Of a stretch of 64,000 nucleotides of DNA, positions 1-10,250 are shown in pieces (position 1 is the stretch's first letter; each line of letters begins with the position of its first letter). Source of the DNA: an uncultured Rickettsiales bacterium (lineage in GTDB: Bacteria > Pseudomonadota > Alphaproteobacteria > Rickettsiales > RI-342); the NCBI GenBank assembly GCA_964435165.1, contig CAYSXY010000003.1, positions 20,111 through 84,110 of the forward strand, in the 5' to 3' direction. Below the pieces are notes generated by a model. The model was not told the origin of the DNA. It saw only the letters and a program-made list of their open reading frames with translations, and did not search any database. Made by a program: the position numbers and the translations under genes.

Positions 1-9
1 TGTATAACT

Positions 10-171
10 AGGTTCTGTTGAGATTTGAATCATGGCTGTGTTTGGATGCTTTTTTGCTGCAAATGCCCTTTGATTTGTTCGACATAGAACCACTATGACT
101 CAAAATCTCAAGGCATTTTCGCTTAAACAATCATCTCAAACCCATGTCATTCTAAAACCTCAACAGAACCT
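10..171. repeat. ~160-bp imperfect palindrome, either MITE-like or a large hairpin, at the window edge
   Basis: Perfect 13-bp inverted repeat AGGTTCTGTTGAG (10-22) / CTCAACAGAACCT (159-171). Inner imperfect arms also pair (aaatgccctttgatttg ~62-78 vs caaaatctcaaggcattt ~101-118). No ORF. Confidence 0.4.
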
Positions 172-208
172 ATATCGATGGTTGTTGTCGCGGTTATATT
201 CCGCCTTA

Positions 209-1270
209 TTACGCAACGAGTATAGTTAACACGCCAAAGATTAAAATTACGCAAAGCAGTGCGACGCGAGTCATGCGAGTGAGCAGGCGTAGTTGGGTGT
301 CGTTGGTACGAGCGGTGCCGCTGCCGACCCACTCATCGCTGGTGAGTATATGATGAATGAGCCGACGCCCACCAAACTGGCTCCCGGTGGCGTTTGCGAC
401 CACAAATAAAGGCAATGTGTGTATCGGCACAGCTTTGCCCTCCGCTGTCGTCAATCGCCAACTATTCCAGGCCGGGCCAATGCGGCTGGCGGAGGTAAAG
501 AGAGTAGAGAGGCTGAAAATAAATGCGCTGATAATCGCCGGTATGCCGTGCATCAGAATGGCCACAGAGCGAGCAGCGCTGCCGAAGGCGCGCATCTGTT
601 CCGTCTGCTGCCCGAGGATGATATGTGACCGGCAGATGGCCAGATAGGCTCCTAGCCCAGGCAGACCTAACAGGATAAACCACAGGGCACTGCCAATGAC
701 GTGCACACTCATGCGCTGAACCAGCAGTTCGCAGCTATGGCGATAAATGCCGAACTCATCCGTTTTTGTGGTGTTGATGTAGGAAATATCCGCCAGGTAA
801 TGGCGCATTTCCTGAAGTGAGGCATCATGTGACCGGTCGCAGAGCCAATTCGCCGTATCATACATGCTGCGCCAGCCCATGGCAAAGGCCAGCACGATTA
901 CGGTGGTGATCCAGCCATAACTCTGTTCTTCTTGAATAATACGATCAATAAAGGGCGGGATTTTCGCCAGCAAAATGCCCATTGCCGCACCAAACAACGC
1001 CGCACATATCAGGATCATGGTGCCTCTGGCCTTGCGCTTGCTGACACTACGGTTGCTACGGTTGAGCCGTTGCTCATAATAAAGCAGAAAGCGATCCAGC
1101 AGCGCGATTGGTTGCAGGAGTCTGGGGATCAGATCAAGCCGCTCGCGCGAAAAAAACAGGACATTGGCCAGCAGTGCCATGGTGACGATCATCAGCCGGT
1201 CTTCGACGAGCAGACGCATCTGCTGGCGGTCGAACGCCAGAATATCGCTGATAAAACCGGTATCACCCAT
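209..1270 (-). CDS. CobD/CbiB-family integral membrane protein (divergent)
   Basis: 353-aa polytopic ORF. The segment 'VIGSALWFILLGLPGLGAYLAICR' and the C-terminal 'GSQFGG...DEWVGSG' align by eye with CbiB 'IIAPLFFLFLGGAPLAMAYKAVN' and 'GIQLGGPNNY...KPWIGD'. Confidence 0.55.
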   Translation of the reverse strand: MGDTGFISDILAFDRQQMRLLVEDRLMIVTMALLANVLFFSRERLDLIPRLLQPIALLDRFLLYYEQRLNRSNRSVSKRKARGTMILICAALFGAAMGILLAKIPPFIDRIIQEEQSYGWITTVIVLAFAMGWRSMYDTANWLCDRSHDASLQEMRHYLADISYINTTKTDEFGIYRHSCELLVQRMSVHVIGSALWFILLGLPGLGAYLAICRSHIILGQQTEQMRAFGSAARSVAILMHGIPAIISAFIFSLSTLFTSASRIGPAWNSWRLTTAEGKAVPIHTLPLFVVANATGSQFGGRRLIHHILTSDEWVGSGTARTNDTQLRLLTRMTRVALLCVILIFGVLTILVA

Positions 1271-1291
1271 GGTGCGAAAGCAGTCGGAGGC

Positions 1292-2185
1292 TTATCCGGT
1301 TACGTAGATTTCAACCCGACGGTTTGCCGGCTCGGCAATATTGTCTGCCGTAGGTACGCGCGGATCGGATTCGCCGAAGGAGAAGACATTGATTTGTTCC
1401 TTCTCTACCCCTTCACCTACCAGCATTTTTTTGACCTGCTCGGCACGCTTCAATGCCAGTTGAAGGTTGTATTCCGCGCTGCCCAGCCGATCGGTATGGC
1501 CGTTAATGATAATATCGTAGGAGGAAATGTCTTTCAGATTGGTCATGACATTTTGCAGCGTATTGCGGGCTTCTTTCGTCAGCGTACTGCTTCCCAGGTC
1601 GAAAAATACGATGTAGGTGCTGGACTGAAACTGGACTTCCGGCAATTCCGGCGTTGCAATAGGCGTTGATTCGGCGACATCACCGGTTTCTGCTACTGGC
1701 TCCTGTGCCTTGGCTTCTGCTTCGGCAAGCATGTCCATGGCCGTGGCGAACTGTTCACGGCAGGCGGAGATGGCATTATCCTGCCATTTTTCCTCTTTTT
1801 CTTCTACCCAGCAGTCATAATAGAATTGCGCATCGGCAATCAATTCAGGATAGAGACTCATTTTCTCATCGGTCATCCATGCTATGAGGGCCGTTCTCGC
1901 CTCGAGTAGTTCATCGCGTGCCGGGCCTTGAATGTCCCATGCATCCGGTTGTTCCGGTTCAGCCATGTTTCCATACGCATAGATGAGCCCTTTGCGGGCG
2001 AAATGCTGCGAATCAGCCCAATCATACAACTCGGCTTCGTGTTCGGCAAAGGATAGGTAATGCGCCGCCAAGGTGCGGTGAAACAGGCTTTCCACCGGTT
2101 CGGTCTGTTGTAATTCCTGCAGTGCCGCTGTGGTGCAGCCTGTAATCAGACCGGCCAGCAGCAAAGATTTTGCTTTCAGCATCAT
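1292..2185 (-). CDS. OmpA-family lipoprotein (peptidoglycan-binding C-terminal domain)
   Basis: Lipobox 'LITGC'. C-terminal OmpA motif 'NGHTDRLGSAEYNLQLALKRA...RRVEI'. Start moved to the ATG at 2185, preceded by GGGGAGAG. Paralogous to the next gene. Confidence 0.8.
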   Translation of the reverse strand: MMLKAKSLLLAGLITGCTTAALQELQQTEPVESLFHRTLAAHYLSFAEHEAELYDWADSQHFARKGLIYAYGNMAEPEQPDAWDIQGPARDELLEARTALIAWMTDEKMSLYPELIADAQFYYDCWVEEKEEKWQDNAISACREQFATAMDMLAEAEAKAQEPVAETGDVAESTPIATPELPEVQFQSSTYIVFFDLGSSTLTKEARNTLQNVMTNLKDISSYDIIINGHTDRLGSAEYNLQLALKRAEQVKKMLVGEGVEKEQINVFSFGESDPRVPTADNIAEPANRRVEIYVTG

Positions 2186-2240
2186 GATGGTACTCTCCCC
2201 TGTAGGCATCACTGCCTATGAGAGGTTGTTGTAGGGCAAC

Positions 2241-3092
2241 TTAATTAACAAATAGTTCAACATCGACGCGCCGCTGTCGAGGCGCGGGCAATGTTGGGCC
2301 GGTTAAAGACGGTCGCTCCGTTGCCTGTTGCCCAGGTGCTGAGACAGTGATACGGCCCGGATCAATATCATGACGCTGTAGCGATAGCTGCACCGATTCG
2401 ACGCGGCGTTCGGCCAACTGTCGATTATATGCATTCGAGCCGCTACGATCCGTATGGCCGCTGAGCCGGAGTGATAATTCCGGATATTGCTGCATAATGG
2501 CCGCTATTGCGGCCACCTGTTCTCGTCCGTGCTTGTCGAGACGATCACTATCGAAGCCAAAATAGAGGCTATGGGTGTGATAGCTGCCATTATCAAGTAA
2601 TGTTTCGGCCTCGATACGATTTTTCATATGGTGTTTCAGTGCGGTAAGCGCAATGTTGAACTCCGCCTGGCATGCGGCAATGTCGGCTTCTTGCCATTGT
2701 TCTTCAACCTGTTCCAGCCAGCAGTCGAACAGCAATTGCAATCGCGCCAGACTGGCCGGGTAATGCCGGGCCGTCGTGTTTGCGCGCATATCCATCAGCG
2801 CCTGCCGTGCGTCCGTCAGTTGAGATATTGCATAGTCCGGTATGTTGCGAGTCTTAATCAGGTCCGGCTCGGGATTCCCGCCTCGCGCCGCTTGCGCTGC
2901 CTTGTCGGCAAAGTGGCGTGCGTCTTCCCAATCATATTGGGCCATTTCCGAGCGGGCATAATCCTGATATTCCCGCGCCAGCATGCCGGCCAGTGATTGT
3001 GGAGGCGTTGTGACCTCAAGATTATCAAGCGCCTGCATTGGCGAGCAGGCGGCAAGCACAAAGCAGACGATGATGCAGCTATATCGGATCAT
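2241..3092 (-). CDS. OmpA-family lipoprotein (paralogue)
   Basis: Lipobox 'VLAAC'. OmpA motif 'SGHTDRSGSNAYNRQLAERRV...RRVDVEL'. The N-terminal domain shares 'YDW.D..HFA.K' and 'FDCWLEQVEEQWQ' with the neighbouring gene. Confidence 0.8.
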   Translation of the reverse strand: MIRYSCIIVCFVLAACSPMQALDNLEVTTPPQSLAGMLAREYQDYARSEMAQYDWEDARHFADKAAQAARGGNPEPDLIKTRNIPDYAISQLTDARQALMDMRANTTARHYPASLARLQLLFDCWLEQVEEQWQEADIAACQAEFNIALTALKHHMKNRIEAETLLDNGSYHTHSLYFGFDSDRLDKHGREQVAAIAAIMQQYPELSLRLSGHTDRSGSNAYNRQLAERRVESVQLSLQRHDIDPGRITVSAPGQQATERPSLTGPTLPAPRQRRVDVELFVN

Positions 3093-3318
3093 GGTGTATT
3101 CCTTAACGTTGGATTACGGCTGCATGGTGCGATGTTGCGGCTATGTCTACCGGGGTTTGATGTCGTAGGAAAGTGCTTTTCCAACAGGTAGTCTAGGTAA
3201 CGCTTGATTTTCGGAAAAGCGGCAGTATGGTGCGCCCGAATATGCCCGGTTCATTACGAACCATGTCTTGGGCAACAAGAAAACGACGCCGATTACATCA
3301 ATCTGAGGATGCACACCC

Positions 3319-3735
3319 ATGCCACGTACCTTATCGATTATTAAGCCTGATGCAACTGAACGCAACCTGACCGGTGCCATCAACGCCATGCTGGAGGAAA
3401 ATGGTTTTCGTATTGTTGCGCAAAAGCGTATTCGCTTGAGCCGCTTGCAGGCAGGGCAATTTTATGAGGTGCATAAAGAACGTCCTTTTTTCAATGATCT
3501 GGTGGAATATATGGTCTCAGCACCGATCATCGTGCAGGTGCTTGAGCATGAGAACGCAGTCAGTGCTTATCGTGAAATCATGGGGGCAACCAACCCTGAT
3601 GACGCGAAAGATGGGACCATTCGCAAACGCTTCGCCGAGAATATCGAACGCAATTCCGTGCATGGTTCTGACAGTGCGGACAATGCTGAAAAAGAGATTC
3701 GCTTTTTCTTCAGCGAGTTGGAATTAGTCGGTTAA
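3319..3735 (+). CDS. ndk: nucleoside-diphosphate kinase
   Basis: '[10 protein letters not shown]', 'RPFF..LV.YM.S.P', 'NSVHGSDS' with the active-site His. Confidence 0.95.
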   Translation: MPRTLSIIKPDATERNLTGAINAMLEENGFRIVAQKRIRLSRLQAGQFYEVHKERPFFNDLVEYMVSAPIIVQVLEHENAVSAYREIMGATNPDDAKDGTIRKRFAENIERNSVHGSDSADNAEKEIRFFFSELELVG

Positions 3736-3763
3736 TAAGTGCGGTTTTCCAGCGAGTGGCCAT

Positions 3764-4429
3764 TCATGACGGGACGATGAGGGCGTCCTGCGTCTGAAAA
3801 CTGTTGAGCGCGCTATCGCTGAACATGACCTTATCGCCCTCTAATGTGATATCCTTATTTGCTAACAGCTTGACAGCCAGCGGGTAGCAGCGATGCTCTT
3901 GTGCCAAAATGCGCCTGGCCAGACTCTCGGCTGTATCGTCAGGGAGCACTGGCACAGCAGCCTGTACCAGAATAGGCCCTTCATCCATGGTAGCGCGTAC
4001 CATATGCACGGTGCAGCCTGCGATGCGCACTCCGCTATCCAGCGTGGCCTGATGCGTATTCAGCCCTTTAAAAGCCGGTAATAAGGATGGGTGGATATTG
4101 ACCAGCTTATTATGCCACTGGTTGACAAACCAAGGGGAGAGCAGGCGCATAAAGCCTGCCAGGCAGATCAGATCAACCGCATAAGTGGCGAGGCAGTCAT
4201 GCAGCGCCTGATCGAATGCAGTGCGATCCGGGTAATCCTGGTGAGACATGACATGCGTCGGGATGCCCGCTTTCTCAGCACGTGTCAAACCATAGGCTTG
4301 AGTGTTATTTGATATTACGCAGGCAATAGAGGCCGGATAGGTGCTGTCATTGCTGGCGTCGATCAGCGCTTGCAGGTTGCTGCCATTCCCGGAAATGAGT
4401 ACAGCAAGCGCCATACGTGGCTTGGTCAT
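3764..4429 (-). CDS. purN: phosphoribosylglycinamide formyltransferase
   Basis: '[15 protein letters not shown]' and '[12 protein letters not shown]'. Overlaps purM by 4 nt. Confidence 0.9.
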   Translation of the reverse strand: MTKPRMALAVLISGNGSNLQALIDASNDSTYPASIACVISNNTQAYGLTRAEKAGIPTHVMSHQDYPDRTAFDQALHDCLATYAVDLICLAGFMRLLSPWFVNQWHNKLVNIHPSLLPAFKGLNTHQATLDSGVRIAGCTVHMVRATMDEGPILVQAAVPVLPDDTAESLARRILAQEHRCYPLAVKLLANKDITLEGDKVMFSDSALNSFQTQDALIVPS

Positions 4430-5463
4430 GAGGTGATCTCTACCCTTCGTCCCGGCTTGTCTGTCAGTGAGCCGATGATTGCCGGTGTGCTGATGCCGTG
4501 ACTCAATGCGGCCATGATGCTCTCCGTATCATCTTCTGCGACGATCAGCACCATGCCAATGCCATTATTAAAGGTGCGCAGCATTTCCGCATCGTCAATG
4601 TTCCCGGCTTGCTGCAACCAGTCAAAGACAGATGGCCTTTGCCAACTGTGTTGCTTGATCGTCGCGGAGAGCGTCTCCGGCAGAATGCGTGGAATATTTT
4701 CTACCAGTCCCCCGCCTGTAATGTGCGCGAGTCCTTTCAACAGCCCCTCCTGGATCAGTGGCAAGAGCTGTTTAATATAGATGATAGTTGGCATCAGCAG
4801 GGCTTCGCCAAGCGTATTCCCGGTTGAATCAAACGGTGCGGGGCTTGACCAGTTGAGTTTCTTTTTCCTCACGATATGGCGTACCAGCGAGAAGCCATTG
4901 GAGTGAATGCCTGACGAGCTGAGCCCGATGATCGTATCTCCTGGTTGCATGGTGCGATGGTTGGGGAGGATAGCATCACGTTCGACGGCACCAACGGCAA
5001 AACCTGCAAGATCGTAATCATCGGCACCATACATGCTGGGCATTTCGGCTGTCTCGCCGCCGATCAGGGCGCATCCGGCCTGTGTGCAGCCCTCGGCGAT
5101 GCCTTGAATGATGGTCGCGGTTTTGGCCGGGTCCAGCTTGCCTGTCGCGACATAATCAAGGAAAAAGAGAGGCTCAGCCCCCTGAACAATTAAATCATTG
5201 ACGCACATGGCAACCAGATCGATGCCCACCGTGTGGTGATGATTCATTTCAATCGCCAGCTTGAGTTTGGTGCCGACGCCATCGGTGGCGGATACCAGAA
5301 TCGGGTCCTGATAGCCGGTCGCGGCCATATCGAACAGTCCGCCAAATCCGCCCAGCGCATCCATGGAGCCAGAACGGCGGGTGCTGCCAGCCATCGGCCC
5401 GATCGCCGTTACCAATGCGTTCCCGGCGTCAATATCCACCCCTGCTTCTTTGTAACTGGTCAT
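4426..5463 (-). CDS. purM: phosphoribosylformylglycinamidine cyclo-ligase
   Basis: '[12 protein letters not shown]', 'DGVGTKL', 'HITGGG'. Confidence 0.95.
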   Translation of the reverse strand: MTSYKEAGVDIDAGNALVTAIGPMAGSTRRSGSMDALGGFGGLFDMAATGYQDPILVSATDGVGTKLKLAIEMNHHHTVGIDLVAMCVNDLIVQGAEPLFFLDYVATGKLDPAKTATIIQGIAEGCTQAGCALIGGETAEMPSMYGADDYDLAGFAVGAVERDAILPNHRTMQPGDTIIGLSSSGIHSNGFSLVRHIVRKKKLNWSSPAPFDSTGNTLGEALLMPTIIYIKQLLPLIQEGLLKGLAHITGGGLVENIPRILPETLSATIKQHSWQRPSVFDWLQQAGNIDDAEMLRTFNNGIGMVLIVAEDDTESIMAALSHGISTPAIIGSLTDKPGRRVEITS

Positions 5464-5590
5464 GCCTGTCAGTTGCGCTCCTGCCTTGTTTAGCTTATGG
5501 TTTACCGTTGCAGTCGGGCAATAGCAAGCATGGAGACGCCGCGTGGCAAGGCAACCGCACCCAATGACATTTCTGGAAAGTTACTGTGTG

Positions 5591-6679
5591 ATGCCGCGGC
5601 TTTTCACCATGTTGCTGACCATTGGTGTTGTTATGGGTGTCGCAGGTGTTGCGCATGCGCTGACGATTCATGATATTGAGGTCAAGGCGGAAGATCGCAA
5701 TCCCGTAGCGGCGCGGGCGAAGGCTGTCGGCGATGCACAGCGCCAGGCATTGGTCACGCTTGGCCAGCGCTTGGGGCGGTCGCCGGAGGTGTTGACCGAG
5801 ATGCCTCAGGAGTCGATTGAGCGCATGGTGACGGGCTATGAGGTAGTGAAAGAGGCGATTTTACCGGATGGGTATGCCGCTACATTGAATATTTCCTTTT
5901 CCTACCCGATGTTGCGCGAGCTGTTCCCGGATTTGCCGGAAAATGAAGCGCAGCACCGGGTGATGCGACCAGAGCCACCCTTGCTGGTGGTGCCGATTTT
6001 GCAGATGGATGGGCGGCAGGTGGTGTGGGAAGAGCCAAACCCCTGGCGCAGCGCCTGGGAAGCGGCGAAGCGCGATCATACACTGACGACACGAGAGATT
6101 GTATTGCCGCTGGGTGATCTGACCGATATGGCCGCGCTCAACCCACAGGCGGCTATGTCCCGTGATGCACAAGCTTATGCAACGCTGGCCTCACGTTATG
6201 GAATTGACACCGCGACCGTGGTTGAGATGGAGGTTGCGTCGCATATGGATGGTATTCAGGCGGTTGGAACGATCTATCAGCTTTCAAAAGGAAGTACAGT
6301 TACACCACCGCAACAATTTCAGGTGGCTGGCGATGCAGCGAATCCTGAATTATTTGCCGATGCTGTGCGCCGTGTGATGTTGCAATTAGAAGGACGCGGC
6401 TCAGGTGCACTGACCCAGGCAAAACCGAGCGCTGATAAACTCAAAACACTGATTCCTCTGGAGAATATCAATCAGTGGATCCGCATAAGACGCAGTCTGC
6501 AAAGCGTTTCCGAAGTGAAGGATATTCAGTTGATTGCCATTACGCCCTCCCAGGCCGATGTGTTCATTCGCTATGAGGGCAGCCTTTCTCGTCTGGAAGC
6601 CGTGCTTAAAACCCGTGGCATGCGCATGACGCCCTATAGCGGTTACTGGGTGCTGAATAGCACAGGTGCAGGCAGTTAG
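5591..6679 (+). CDS. conserved exported protein (DUF2066-like from memory)
   Basis: Signal peptide 'MPRLFTMLLTIGVVMGVAGVAHA'. Sits in the purM - x - hdaA position that I recall from alphaproteobacteria. The family label is unverified. Confidence 0.5.
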   Translation: MPRLFTMLLTIGVVMGVAGVAHALTIHDIEVKAEDRNPVAARAKAVGDAQRQALVTLGQRLGRSPEVLTEMPQESIERMVTGYEVVKEAILPDGYAATLNISFSYPMLRELFPDLPENEAQHRVMRPEPPLLVVPILQMDGRQVVWEEPNPWRSAWEAAKRDHTLTTREIVLPLGDLTDMAALNPQAAMSRDAQAYATLASRYGIDTATVVEMEVASHMDGIQAVGTIYQLSKGSTVTPPQQFQVAGDAANPELFADAVRRVMLQLEGRGSGALTQAKPSADKLKTLIPLENINQWIRIRRSLQSVSEVKDIQLIAITPSQADVFIRYEGSLSRLEAVLKTRGMRMTPYSGYWVLNSTGAGS

Positions 6680-6702
6680 GCCGTCTCTTCATCTCATACG
6701 GA

Positions 6703-7413
6703 ATGTCCGCCATGACCAGGCCTTATCATTGGCAGATGCCGCTACTGTTCGATACTGAAGAGGATTACACAGCTGATAATTTCATGATGACAGAGAGCAA
6801 TCAGGAAGCAGTGCAGTGGGTGCAGGGCTGGCCTGCAGCCTGGCCGGGCTATGGATTGCTGGTGACAGGGCCACCTGGATGCGGCAAGACTCATTTGGCG
6901 CATATCTGGCGGCAATTAAGTGGCGCGACATGGCTGGATGCCGCTTCATTCCGCCAATGCCGTTATGATGATGCGATTAGTGAAGGGAAAAGCTGGGTGA
7001 TGGATGACCTTGCCGGGTTTATCGTGACGCAGGAGGATGAGGAACGTCTGTTTCACTGGCTTAATCTATTGCACAAGATGGGCGGTTCGGTGCTGATGAC
7101 ATCGGAAGTCGCACTCGCAGCGTTGCGCGTGAAGCTGCCTGATTTGCAATCGCGTCTCGCCGCACTGCCAAGCGTCGCTATTATGTCGCCGGATGACCAT
7201 ACTCTACAGATGGTGCTGCTGAAGCAATTGAAAGACCGGCAATTGCAGGTTCCTGCACGCGTGGTGAGCTATGTGGTGTCGCGGATGGAACGATCATTTT
7301 CCGCTGCATCGAGGATTGCTGAGCAGCTGGATCGACTCTCCTTATCACATCAGCAGCCGGTGACATTGGCACTGGCCAGACAGCTGGTGCAGCAAGATCA
7401 TGCCTCACCTTGA
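6703..7413 (+). CDS. hdaA: DnaA regulatory inactivator HdaA (DnaA-related AAA+)
   Basis: ~235 aa with Walker A 'GPPGCGKTHLAHIW' and a DnaA domain III-like layout without a DNA-binding domain. Confidence 0.75.
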   Translation: MSAMTRPYHWQMPLLFDTEEDYTADNFMMTESNQEAVQWVQGWPAAWPGYGLLVTGPPGCGKTHLAHIWRQLSGATWLDAASFRQCRYDDAISEGKSWVMDDLAGFIVTQEDEERLFHWLNLLHKMGGSVLMTSEVALAALRVKLPDLQSRLAALPSVAIMSPDDHTLQMVLLKQLKDRQLQVPARVVSYVVSRMERSFSAASRIAEQLDRLSLSHQQPVTLALARQLVQQDHASP

Positions 7414-7944
7414 CGTGGTTGTTTTTTCGTTGAGCAAGGACGGGGTGAGATAGTGGGTCAATATGCCCTGAGCCGGGCGAATATCTGCCCAATGATCGAC
7501 GCTGAATTGGATGATTGCAAGGGCGCAGGTGGGAAAGTTGGTGCGTAATTGCTCGCGCTGTCCATCATCTCCATCGCCGGTGAGATCCATCGCGGCAATA
7601 TGCATGCCCGGATTGTGGCCGACCAGCATTACGGAATGATGGTTATCATCTTGTTCCTGGAGTATATCAATTAATTCACCGGCAGGGGCGAGATAAAGGC
7701 GGCGCTCGGTCTCAAAAGACTGTGACGGGATGTTTAATTCGCGATGTATAATCTCCGCAGTCTCTATGGTGCGGGCGGCAGAAGAGGAGATAATATGATC
7801 CGGCATCAGGCCTTGCGTGTGAAGATAATGGCCCATCCTCTCCGCTGCTGCTTGCCCACGTGGATTTAACTGGCGGCCATGGTCGTCCGGGGCGTTATCT
7901 TCTGGCTCGGCTTTGGCATGGCGGAGAATATAGACAGTTTTCAT
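7405..7944 (-). CDS. histidine phosphatase family protein (SixA-like)
   Basis: N-terminal 'VYILRHAKAE' (RHG motif variant) and 'LVGHNPG'. Confidence 0.7.
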   Translation of the reverse strand: MKTVYILRHAKAEPEDNAPDDHGRQLNPRGQAAAERMGHYLHTQGLMPDHIISSSAARTIETAEIIHRELNIPSQSFETERRLYLAPAGELIDILQEQDDNHHSVMLVGHNPGMHIAAMDLTGDGDDGQREQLRTNFPTCALAIIQFSVDHWADIRPAQGILTHYLTPSLLNEKTTTSR

Positions 7945-8055
7945 GCGAAGGCTTACCTTAGGCTCTGTTAACGACCGGTATGTTACATTTCAATGTGCAT
8001 TAGTCGGTCAGTCTCAGTATTCAACACCAACCACATCACGCATATCAGGAACGTT

Positions 8056-10242
8056 ATGGCACAAGAGTCGGCATCAGAACAGGCAATTTTGGCAGTGAGC
8101 GAGGCACATTTTGGCCATAGCGACAAACGCTTCATCAATCGGGAATTGTCATGGCTGGCGTTTAATAATCGCGTGTTGGAAGAAGCGCACAATGTACGTC
8201 ACCCATTGCTGGAGCGTGTCAATTTCCTGTCGATCTCTGCCAGTAATCTCGATGAATTCTACATGGTGCGGGTGGCCGGGCTGAAAGATCTGGTGCTTCG
8301 TGGTGAACCGGTGATGAGTCAGGATGGGTTGACGGCCCAGGAACAGTTGCAGGAAATCCATGACATGGCCGGCACCTTGTTGCAGGAGCAGCAAGCCTGT
8401 TGGGCAGAATTACGTCAATTATTGGCGGCAGAATCGATTCATGTGCTGGAAGCGTCTGATTTGACGGCGGAAGAAAAGCAGTGGCTGGAGACCTATTTTG
8501 TGGATCATGTTTTCCCGGTGTTAACGCCCATTGCGATTGACCCGGCGCATCCGTTTCCGTTTTTACCGAATCGTAGTCTATCCTCTATTTATGAATTACG
8601 AGATCGGGAGCGTAATAAACGGCAAACGGCGATTATTCCCTTTCCACAAATGCTGGAACGCTTTACGCGGTTGCCGGGCAAAGCAGAGCGCTGGGTGCGT
8701 ACCGAAACCATGGTGCAGCTGTTTCTGGACACCCTTTTTCCCGGCTATGAGATTATCGCCAGCGGGATGTTTCGCATTTTGCGAGATAGTGATCTGGATA
8801 TTGCCGAGGATGCCGAAGATTTAATGCGCGGTTTTGAAGAAGCGGTCCGCGAGCGTAAGCGAGGATCGGTGATTCGCATGAAGGTAGACAGTACTATGCC
8901 TCGTCATCTGCTGCGCTATGTGCAGGAGCATTTTCAGGTGCCGGATATCGATGTGGTGACAGTCAATGGCATGCTGGGGCTGGCCAGCCTGGCGGAACTG
9001 GTGGCAATTGACCGGCCGGATTTGAAATTTGTTCCTTATACGCCGCGTTTTCCAGAGCGCATCAATGATTTTAATGGTGATTGCTTTGCGGCGATTCATG
9101 CCAAGGATATCATCGTTCACCACCCTTATGAGAGTTTTGATGTGGTGGTGCGTTTTTTGCAACAGGCAGCACGCGACCCAGATGTCGTGGCGATTAAACA
9201 GACGCTGTACCGTACCAGTAAAGACTCGCCTATTGTCAGGGCATTGATAGAGGCGGCGGATAGCGGCAAATCTGTGACGGCGGTGGTGGAACTGCGGGCA
9301 CGTTTCGATGAGGAAGCGAATATAAAATGGGCGCGCGATCTGGAGCGAGTCGGGGTGCACGTGGTCTATGGCGTGGTGCATTTGAAGACGCACGCTAAGA
9401 TGTCGCTGGTGACCAAGCGTATTGGCGACCACATGCAATCTTTTGTCCATTTCGGCACCGGAAATTATCATCCGATTACGGCGCGTATCTACACCGACCT
9501 ATCTTTTTTCACCTGCGATACCTCGCTATGCCATGATGCAGCGGCAACCTTCAATTATTTAACGGGCTATGCCGCGCCGAGAGCATTCAATATACTTATT
9601 CCATCGCCGATGGCATTGCGTTCCAGTCTGCTGGCAATGATTGACGAGGAAATTGCCCATGTACGTGAGGGGCGTCCCGGTCAGATTTGGGCAAAGATGA
9701 ATGCATTGGTTGACCCGGAGATTATTGATGCGCTCTACCGTGCGTCGTGTGAGGGGGTGGACATTGACCTGATCATCCGTGGTATTTGCTGTTTGCGGCC
9801 AGGTATCGAAGGTCTGTCTGAACGTATTACCGTGCGCTCGATCATTGGCCGTTATCTTGAGCATTCACGGATCGTCTGCTTTGGCGCCGGGCATGGATTA
9901 CCATCGCCGGAGGCAAAAGTATTTATTTCGTCAGCGGACTGGATGCCGCGTAATCTGGACCGCCGCGTGGAGTGTATGGTGCCGATTGAAAATGCCACCG
10001 TGCATGAACAGGTGCTGGATCAGATTATGGTGGCGAACCTGCGTGATGATTTGCAAAGTTGGGAATTGCAGCCTGATGGCGTCTATGAGCGCGTGCAGCC
10101 GGAAGGTAAGCGCAAAGGCTTTTCCGCCCATGATTATTTTATGCATAATCCCAGCTTGTCAGGGCGCGGTAAGGCGTTATATGAGGGGCGGCTTTCGCCG
10201 CCAAGCCTGGTCAAGCGAAGGGGTAAGAAAAAAGGTAAGTAG
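8056..10242 (+). CDS. ppk: polyphosphate kinase 1
   Basis: 'FINRELSWLAFNNRVLEEA' and two HKD-like modules ('LKTHAKMSLV', 'RYLEHSRI'). Start moved to the ATG at 8056, after AGGA at 8047. Confidence 0.95.
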   Translation: MAQESASEQAILAVSEAHFGHSDKRFINRELSWLAFNNRVLEEAHNVRHPLLERVNFLSISASNLDEFYMVRVAGLKDLVLRGEPVMSQDGLTAQEQLQEIHDMAGTLLQEQQACWAELRQLLAAESIHVLEASDLTAEEKQWLETYFVDHVFPVLTPIAIDPAHPFPFLPNRSLSSIYELRDRERNKRQTAIIPFPQMLERFTRLPGKAERWVRTETMVQLFLDTLFPGYEIIASGMFRILRDSDLDIAEDAEDLMRGFEEAVRERKRGSVIRMKVDSTMPRHLLRYVQEHFQVPDIDVVTVNGMLGLASLAELVAIDRPDLKFVPYTPRFPERINDFNGDCFAAIHAKDIIVHHPYESFDVVVRFLQQAARDPDVVAIKQTLYRTSKDSPIVRALIEAADSGKSVTAVVELRARFDEEANIKWARDLERVGVHVVYGVVHLKTHAKMSLVTKRIGDHMQSFVHFGTGNYHPITARIYTDLSFFTCDTSLCHDAAATFNYLTGYAAPRAFNILIPSPMALRSSLLAMIDEEIAHVREGRPGQIWAKMNALVDPEIIDALYRASCEGVDIDLIIRGICCLRPGIEGLSERITVRSIIGRYLEHSRIVCFGAGHGLPSPEAKVFISSADWMPRNLDRRVECMVPIENATVHEQVLDQIMVANLRDDLQSWELQPDGVYERVQPEGKRKGFSAHDYFMHNPSLSGRGKALYEGRLSPPSLVKRRGKKKGK

Positions 10243-10250
10243 ATTGCAGC

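Noticed and set aside
932-1669. 245-aa plus-strand ORF spanning the CobD-like / OmpA-like gene junction
   Set aside because: It is antisense to two well-supported minus-strand genes and has no recognisable motif, so it is a typical shadow ORF.
7993-8055. N-terminal 21 codons of the track's ppk ORF, and similar 5' extensions of track ORFs at 5543, 17673, 19090, 19766, 49732, 53051, 55573 and 63570
   Set aside because: These extensions overlap neighbouring genes or lack an SD. Internal starts with better context, which remove the overlaps, were preferred.
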